The position numbers and the translations under genes were made by a program. Below the pieces are notes generated by a model. That model had not been told where the DNA came from and searched no databases. It saw only the letters and a list, made by a program, of their open reading frames with translations. From positions 24,152 to 88,151 of the IMG/VR virus record IMGVR_UViG_3300035703_000049: a DNA stretch of 64,000 nucleotides; one strand, written 5' to 3'. Positions 58,176 through 64,000 of this stretch are shown one piece after another; positions within the stretch are counted from its first letter, which is position 1; each line of letters opens with the position of its first letter. This DNA comes from a virus.

Positions 58176-58514
58176 ATGGCTACGCCATTAAACACATTTA
58201 AAACAGTAACAGTAGGGTTAACTACTAGTGATCAAATAATTTATACTGCTCCAACAGGAATCACAGCGATTATTTTAATGGCGCAAGTTGCCAATGTTGA
58301 CGCATCAAATAGTGCAAATGTTACTTTTGCTATTACTGGAACAGACAGTACTTTTACTGAATTAGTAAAAAATTTTACCATACCAGTTCAAGACGCAGCA
58401 ACATTACTTACAGGTAAATTAGTAGTTGAAGCAGGATGTACATTACATGCTCAAGCTAGTGCTAATAATAGATTAAAAATAACATTAAGCGTATTGGAAA
58501 GTTTAAATGCCTGA
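58176..58514 (+). CDS. Small virion structural protein
   Basis: IYTAP...IILMAQVANV...LVKNFTIP...GKLVVEAG; paralogous to 50702. Confidence 0.6.
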   Translation: MATPLNTFKTVTVGLTTSDQIIYTAPTGITAIILMAQVANVDASNSANVTFAITGTDSTFTELVKNFTIPVQDAATLLTGKLVVEAGCTLHAQASANNRLKITLSVLESLNA

Positions 58515-59058
58515 TATTCACCTTTTAAGTAAAAAAGTTAAAAAAACACCAGCATCAAATGCAGATCCTAATCGTTATGATTTTTTAGATTTAAACAATG
58601 CTGAACCAGATTGGGGCGCACCACTTTATGATAATGCGTTAGCAGCTTCAGATGTAGATGGTACACGAAAGTGGTTATATTTAAATATTGATGGCAGTAA
58701 TATTACAATTGAAGGTAACATTACTTTATCAACTACGCTAGATGAAGTTACTACAAGAGGTAATACTACTACTAATGGTGTTACTATTGGAAACTTAACA
58801 GTTGATAACATATTTTTAGATTCTAATACTATAAGCACATTAAGCAATGCTAATTTAGTATTAGATCCAAATGGTTCAGGTACAGTTATATTAGAAAGCC
58901 CATTAACTCAAAACGCTACATCTGCTCCATCAACTCCAAACGCAAATAGCATGGTAACTTATGTTACAGCTAGCGGCACTACGCCAAATAGAGAAATTGC
59001 TTGGAAAATAAAGAATCAATCAGGTGAGGAAATTATTGTAAGTACACTTATTGTTTAA
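58507..59058 (+). CDS. Virion fibre-associated protein
   Basis: RYDFLDLNNAEPDWGAP, TLDEVTTRGNTTTN and LDPNGSG fibre modules. Confidence 0.6.
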   Translation: MPDIHLLSKKVKKTPASNADPNRYDFLDLNNAEPDWGAPLYDNALAASDVDGTRKWLYLNIDGSNITIEGNITLSTTLDEVTTRGNTTTNGVTIGNLTVDNIFLDSNTISTLSNANLVLDPNGSGTVILESPLTQNATSAPSTPNANSMVTYVTASGTTPNREIAWKIKNQSGEEIIVSTLIV

Positions 59059-60332
59059 CGATAACGTTTAAAATGATAATCTCTGTCAATTGGTCCATGC
59101 GTCATTTCTCTAACTAAGACAAACCCAATTGATTGAACATAATTAATTACTTCTTCTACTTTAGGTGCACCTAAGTTATAGTCTGTATGTTGTGCTTCGA
59201 TAATTAAATCATAACATTCGCTTAAAGAATTTTTAGCACCTTTGAGAATATCAATCTCACTGCCTTGTGTATCCATTTTAATCATACTAGGCAATGGCCA
59301 ATTGTTGTTTTTAACAATAGTATCTAGCGTCATGCCAATTTTCGTTACGCGATGACTTTCATTAAAAGCTTGCGTATTTTCTTTATAATAACTATTTCCA
59401 CCTGGCAACAATAAGTTTTGATAAAAACTAACTGACTTGTTATCTACATCTGTTAACAAAACATGAGCATAATTTTTAATACCATATTCTTCGTACAGTT
59501 CTTCAATTAAATCCATAGCTTCAAATTGATATATATCTGCTGTTGGCCAAAGTTTTTTAGCAAAGTTAGTCCAATTTAATACACAACTACCAATATCATA
59601 TATTACTTTTGGTTTAATCTTTTTAAGATATCTTAAATCTTCTAGATACTTTTGATGCTCAACAGGTATATCATTACGCTGTGCTAAATCTTTATAGACT
59701 GCTTTTACTTGTGCTTCAAAATTTTCGTGTGGTACAACATTTGAATTAACAATATACTTTGTGCTACCAATATGTTCACATTTAACTGATTCATCAACCC
59801 AAACAGTAAATCCAAGCTCAGTTGCTTTTTGACAAAAGTATATGTCTTCACTAAAGGTATGAGCATGATCTAATGCACTTTTATAAACAAAGTGCGGATA
59901 TTCCATTTTACGCAATACATCACTTTTAATTAATACACAACCAAAACCACATGCACCAACATTAATAAGACCGTAACCTAGTATTTGATCAATCTTTACG
60001 TTCTCATACCCCATATTAGTTTTCCAATACAGTTCTAATGTATGTTCGTTTGGTTTTCTTTGAATGTATAATCCACTAACTATATCTTTATCAGCAACAA
60101 TAAATTTTTGTAAACAATCATTTGGTAAAATAATATCACTATCTACGCAAAACAGATAGTCATAGCGTTTGCCCCATTCAGCAATTAAATTACGAATTTG
60201 ATCTATTTGATATCCGTAAAAAAACTCTAATTGAGTTTCGTGCCCATCAGGAATGATTAAATCGTATATTGACTTAAATGTTTCTGATTCAATATTTTTA
60301 TTTGTTGGTATTGCTATTAATATTTTTTTCAT
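59055..60332 (-). CDS. GT2-like glycosyltransferase fused to FkbM-family methyltransferase
   Basis: N-domain YLFCVDSD, GFGCVLI, SEDIYFC, HIG; C-domain IYDIGS, FEA, TLD, IKMDTQGSEIDILKGA. Confidence 0.85.
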   Translation of the reverse strand: MKKILIAIPTNKNIESETFKSIYDLIIPDGHETQLEFFYGYQIDQIRNLIAEWGKRYDYLFCVDSDIILPNDCLQKFIVADKDIVSGLYIQRKPNEHTLELYWKTNMGYENVKIDQILGYGLINVGACGFGCVLIKSDVLRKMEYPHFVYKSALDHAHTFSEDIYFCQKATELGFTVWVDESVKCEHIGSTKYIVNSNVVPHENFEAQVKAVYKDLAQRNDIPVEHQKYLEDLRYLKKIKPKVIYDIGSCVLNWTNFAKKLWPTADIYQFEAMDLIEELYEEYGIKNYAHVLLTDVDNKSVSFYQNLLLPGGNSYYKENTQAFNESHRVTKIGMTLDTIVKNNNWPLPSMIKMDTQGSEIDILKGAKNSLSECYDLIIEAQHTDYNLGAPKVEEVINYVQSIGFVLVREMTHGPIDRDYHFKRYR

Positions 60333-62340
60333 TTGCTAATATGTAGTTTGCATTGCGTGTTTGTTCTTCGCTATTGACTTTGTAATCATTTAACGGATTT
60401 AGATCATTGTAATTGTATAAAATTTCTTTAACAGCAATTACTTTATTAGGATCAGCTCTTTCTATTAACTCATAAAATAATGCGCCATCACCGCCTGCTC
60501 TTAACCAATCTCCATTTGTATCTTTAAATTTTTCTTCTCCTAATCCATTAAATAATGATTTAGTAAAAGTTCTTAAATGGGTATATGGCATATTCCATGG
60601 AAATTTATGCGAACGATAAGTTTTATTATTTTTAACTTGATTAGGATAATTTTGTGCTATTAACGGTATATTGTCAGCTAAACTATAACAACTACCATAA
60701 GCAAACTCAATACCTTGTTGATATAAGTTATTGTAAAAATTAAAAATAGTATTGTTGTTGACTAACCAATCATCGCCATCAAGTAACAATATAATGTTAT
60801 CATCGTCAACTTTTTGTAAAGCATGCCAATGATTATATACAGCACCCATATTAGTAAAGTTTTGTGTTAATTTTATCTTTTTTTGAATATCGACCGGCAA
60901 TTTAGCTAACAAACTCTTTACTACTTGTAAACTATTATCAGTTGATGCATCGTCTATTAACATAAACTTATAGTTTTCGTAATCTTGACTAACTACACTG
61001 AGAATACAATTTTCAATATAACTTTCTGCATTATAGAATGGTGTGATAATTGTTATCTTTTTTTGATTACCGTAATTTTGATAGCAACGCCTGTCAACTT
61101 CATTTACAAATTTGCGATTAAAAATTCTGTTAACTTTTTTATTAATACGATCTACTTGTCTAAACTCTTCAGCAGGAAGAAATAGTCCAAGCTTCATATA
61201 CAAATGTTGTTTCCACTGCAAAGCAATAGATTTCCAACTGTGAATATCATTCAATACATCACAGTAGTTTTGTTTCTGCATTAACAAATACGGTGTATTA
61301 TATGCACTATGTACTAATTTAATAAATTTATCCGCTTGCTCTGTTTCATTAATGTGAGGAAATAAACCGTTAGGAACTGACGGATAATCAATTTTATAAC
61401 AGGCTAAATCTATAGCAGTTTCTTCAAGAGCACCAAATCTGCAAGTTATAAGCGGAGTTTTGTATAACAAACTTTCTAAACTTGAGATACCAAAAGTTTC
61501 TGGAAAATCAGATGGATAAATCATATATGTTGCGTTAGCTAATATATGAGCTATTTCTTTTTGAGTAATAACTCCAGTAAATCTTATGTTCAACTTTTTA
61601 TAAGTTTCATCCTGTTGAAAATTTATTAAATCTTTTTCTTGCTCATCTGGTTCTGCATTATCTCTAAATCTGTAATAACCACCAATTACTGTTAAATGTG
61701 CTTCTGGTATCAAACGCTTAACGTCGGGCCAAATCAACTTTAACAAAGGATTTAATCCTTTAGTAACGCTAGCATTGAACACAAAGTGATTAGGATCTTT
61801 TTGTGTTACATCTACTTCATCAACGTGTTTAACTGCACCATTTCTAGTGAGGAAATTTTTATGTTTAAGCACTTCAAACATACGACGTTGGCCGTGATTA
61901 TTAGTTAAAGTGTAAACAGTATGCCAATCAGACAGTGTAAAAATTTCATCAATTATCCCTTCAACGAGCATAGGTTCGATATGTTCATCACCTTGGCAAA
62001 ATGTGTCGTGCATCCATAATATTTTACGTTTTGCTTTAGGAATAAAATTATAGATACTACCAGCAAAAAATGGAAAAACACTCCTGCTTGAAATTACTAT
62101 ATCGTGATAATCTTTGAATCTATCTTGTTGTTCGTGATCTATAAATTCTACACCGTCAAATATTCCAGGTGAAGATCTAGAATCAATACAATTATTGTAT
62201 ACAGTTACTTCAAACCCTATTTTTGCTAATTCTTTACTTAATAGAATTACCGCGCTCTCGCTACCACCTAATCCTTGATGAGAAAGTGTATCACCATCAT
62301 AAGTTAGCCCAATAGTATCAATTATTGCTATTTTTAACAT
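60298..62340 (-). CDS. Bifunctional glycosyltransferase (GT4-like N-domain + GT2 C-domain)
   Basis: GLGGSE, LWMHD, YPSDFPETFGISSLES (Ex7E); then ITPFYNA, IDDASTD, LLDGDDW. Confidence 0.85.
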   Translation of the reverse strand: MLKIAIIDTIGLTYDGDTLSHQGLGGSESAVILLSKELAKIGFEVTVYNNCIDSRSSPGIFDGVEFIDHEQQDRFKDYHDIVISSRSVFPFFAGSIYNFIPKAKRKILWMHDTFCQGDEHIEPMLVEGIIDEIFTLSDWHTVYTLTNNHGQRRMFEVLKHKNFLTRNGAVKHVDEVDVTQKDPNHFVFNASVTKGLNPLLKLIWPDVKRLIPEAHLTVIGGYYRFRDNAEPDEQEKDLINFQQDETYKKLNIRFTGVITQKEIAHILANATYMIYPSDFPETFGISSLESLLYKTPLITCRFGALEETAIDLACYKIDYPSVPNGLFPHINETEQADKFIKLVHSAYNTPYLLMQKQNYCDVLNDIHSWKSIALQWKQHLYMKLGLFLPAEEFRQVDRINKKVNRIFNRKFVNEVDRRCYQNYGNQKKITIITPFYNAESYIENCILSVVSQDYENYKFMLIDDASTDNSLQVVKSLLAKLPVDIQKKIKLTQNFTNMGAVYNHWHALQKVDDDNIILLLDGDDWLVNNNTIFNFYNNLYQQGIEFAYGSCYSLADNIPLIAQNYPNQVKNNKTYRSHKFPWNMPYTHLRTFTKSLFNGLGEEKFKDTNGDWLRAGGDGALFYELIERADPNKVIAVKEILYNYNDLNPLNDYKVNSEEQTRNANYILANEKNINSNTNK

Positions 62341-62348
62341 ATGCTTTA

Positions 62349-62377
62349 ATTATATAAATTTTTTTGATTCTAATCAA
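62349..62377 (-). promoter_or_regulatory. Sigma70-type promoter for the glycosyltransferase operon
   Basis: On - strand TTGATT (62377-72)-17nt-TATAAT (62354-49), 8 nt before ATG 62340; abuts a + strand TAAATA at 62378-83. Confidence 0.6.
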
Positions 62378-62409
62378 TAAATATATAGTAATAATTTTTG
62401 GAAACAATA

Positions 62410-64000
<1,591 letters not shown>

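Larger units (their letters stand above)
1229..62383. promoter_or_regulatory. Dispersed T4-type late promoter boxes (TA)TAAATA
   Basis: TAAATA just upstream of structural genes. Minus strand: 1229-34, 19015-20, 19416-21, 26673-78, 39552-57. Plus strand: 39532-37, 41855-60, 43638-43, 43983-88, 47905-10, 48695-700, 49953-58, 51423-28, 53196-201, 62378-83. The hexamer is common in AT-rich DNA, so the evidence is positional enrichment plus the gp55 gene. Confidence 0.7.

Overview
This is a 64 kb AT-rich segment of a large T4-superfamily (jumbo-type) myovirus genome. The major capsid protein and giant baseplate protein resemble those of Rak2/PBECO4-like jumbo phages and their uncultured aquatic relatives; this is recognition from memory, not a search result. 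1-26.6 kb (minus strand) is a baseplate operon: gp54/48-like, gp53, hub, gp5-like spike with a C-terminal SleB-like hydrolase, gp25, gp6, a 4774-aa wedge/fibre-attachment protein and a tail fibre. 26.7-37.9 kb (plus) holds the late sigma factor gp55 and gp47/gp46 (Mre11/Rad50), interleaved with sugar-nucleotide epimerases and transferase-like genes, followed by an Hc1 histone-like gene, a 2OG-Fe(II) oxygenase, two PLP enzymes and a Holliday junction resolvase. A ~530-bp densely structured non-coding element follows, then gp26/gp51-like chaperone genes joined by a probable -1 frameshift, and a tape-measure-like gene. The head module (gp20, core proteins, gp21, gp22, gp23) comes next, then fibre/decoration genes, glycosyltransferases and a Pro-free collagen-like protein running off the window end. 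Best leads: (1) the structured non-coding element at 37930-38458 (large ncRNA and/or replication origin); (2) the programmed -1 frameshift at 38689-38698; (3) hairpins that hide the RBS and carry the late promoter in the loop; (4) a dispersed virion-glycosylation/modification toolkit including a paired PLP-enzyme/oxygenase cassette. All product calls come from motif recognition by eye; no database searches or folding programs were run.
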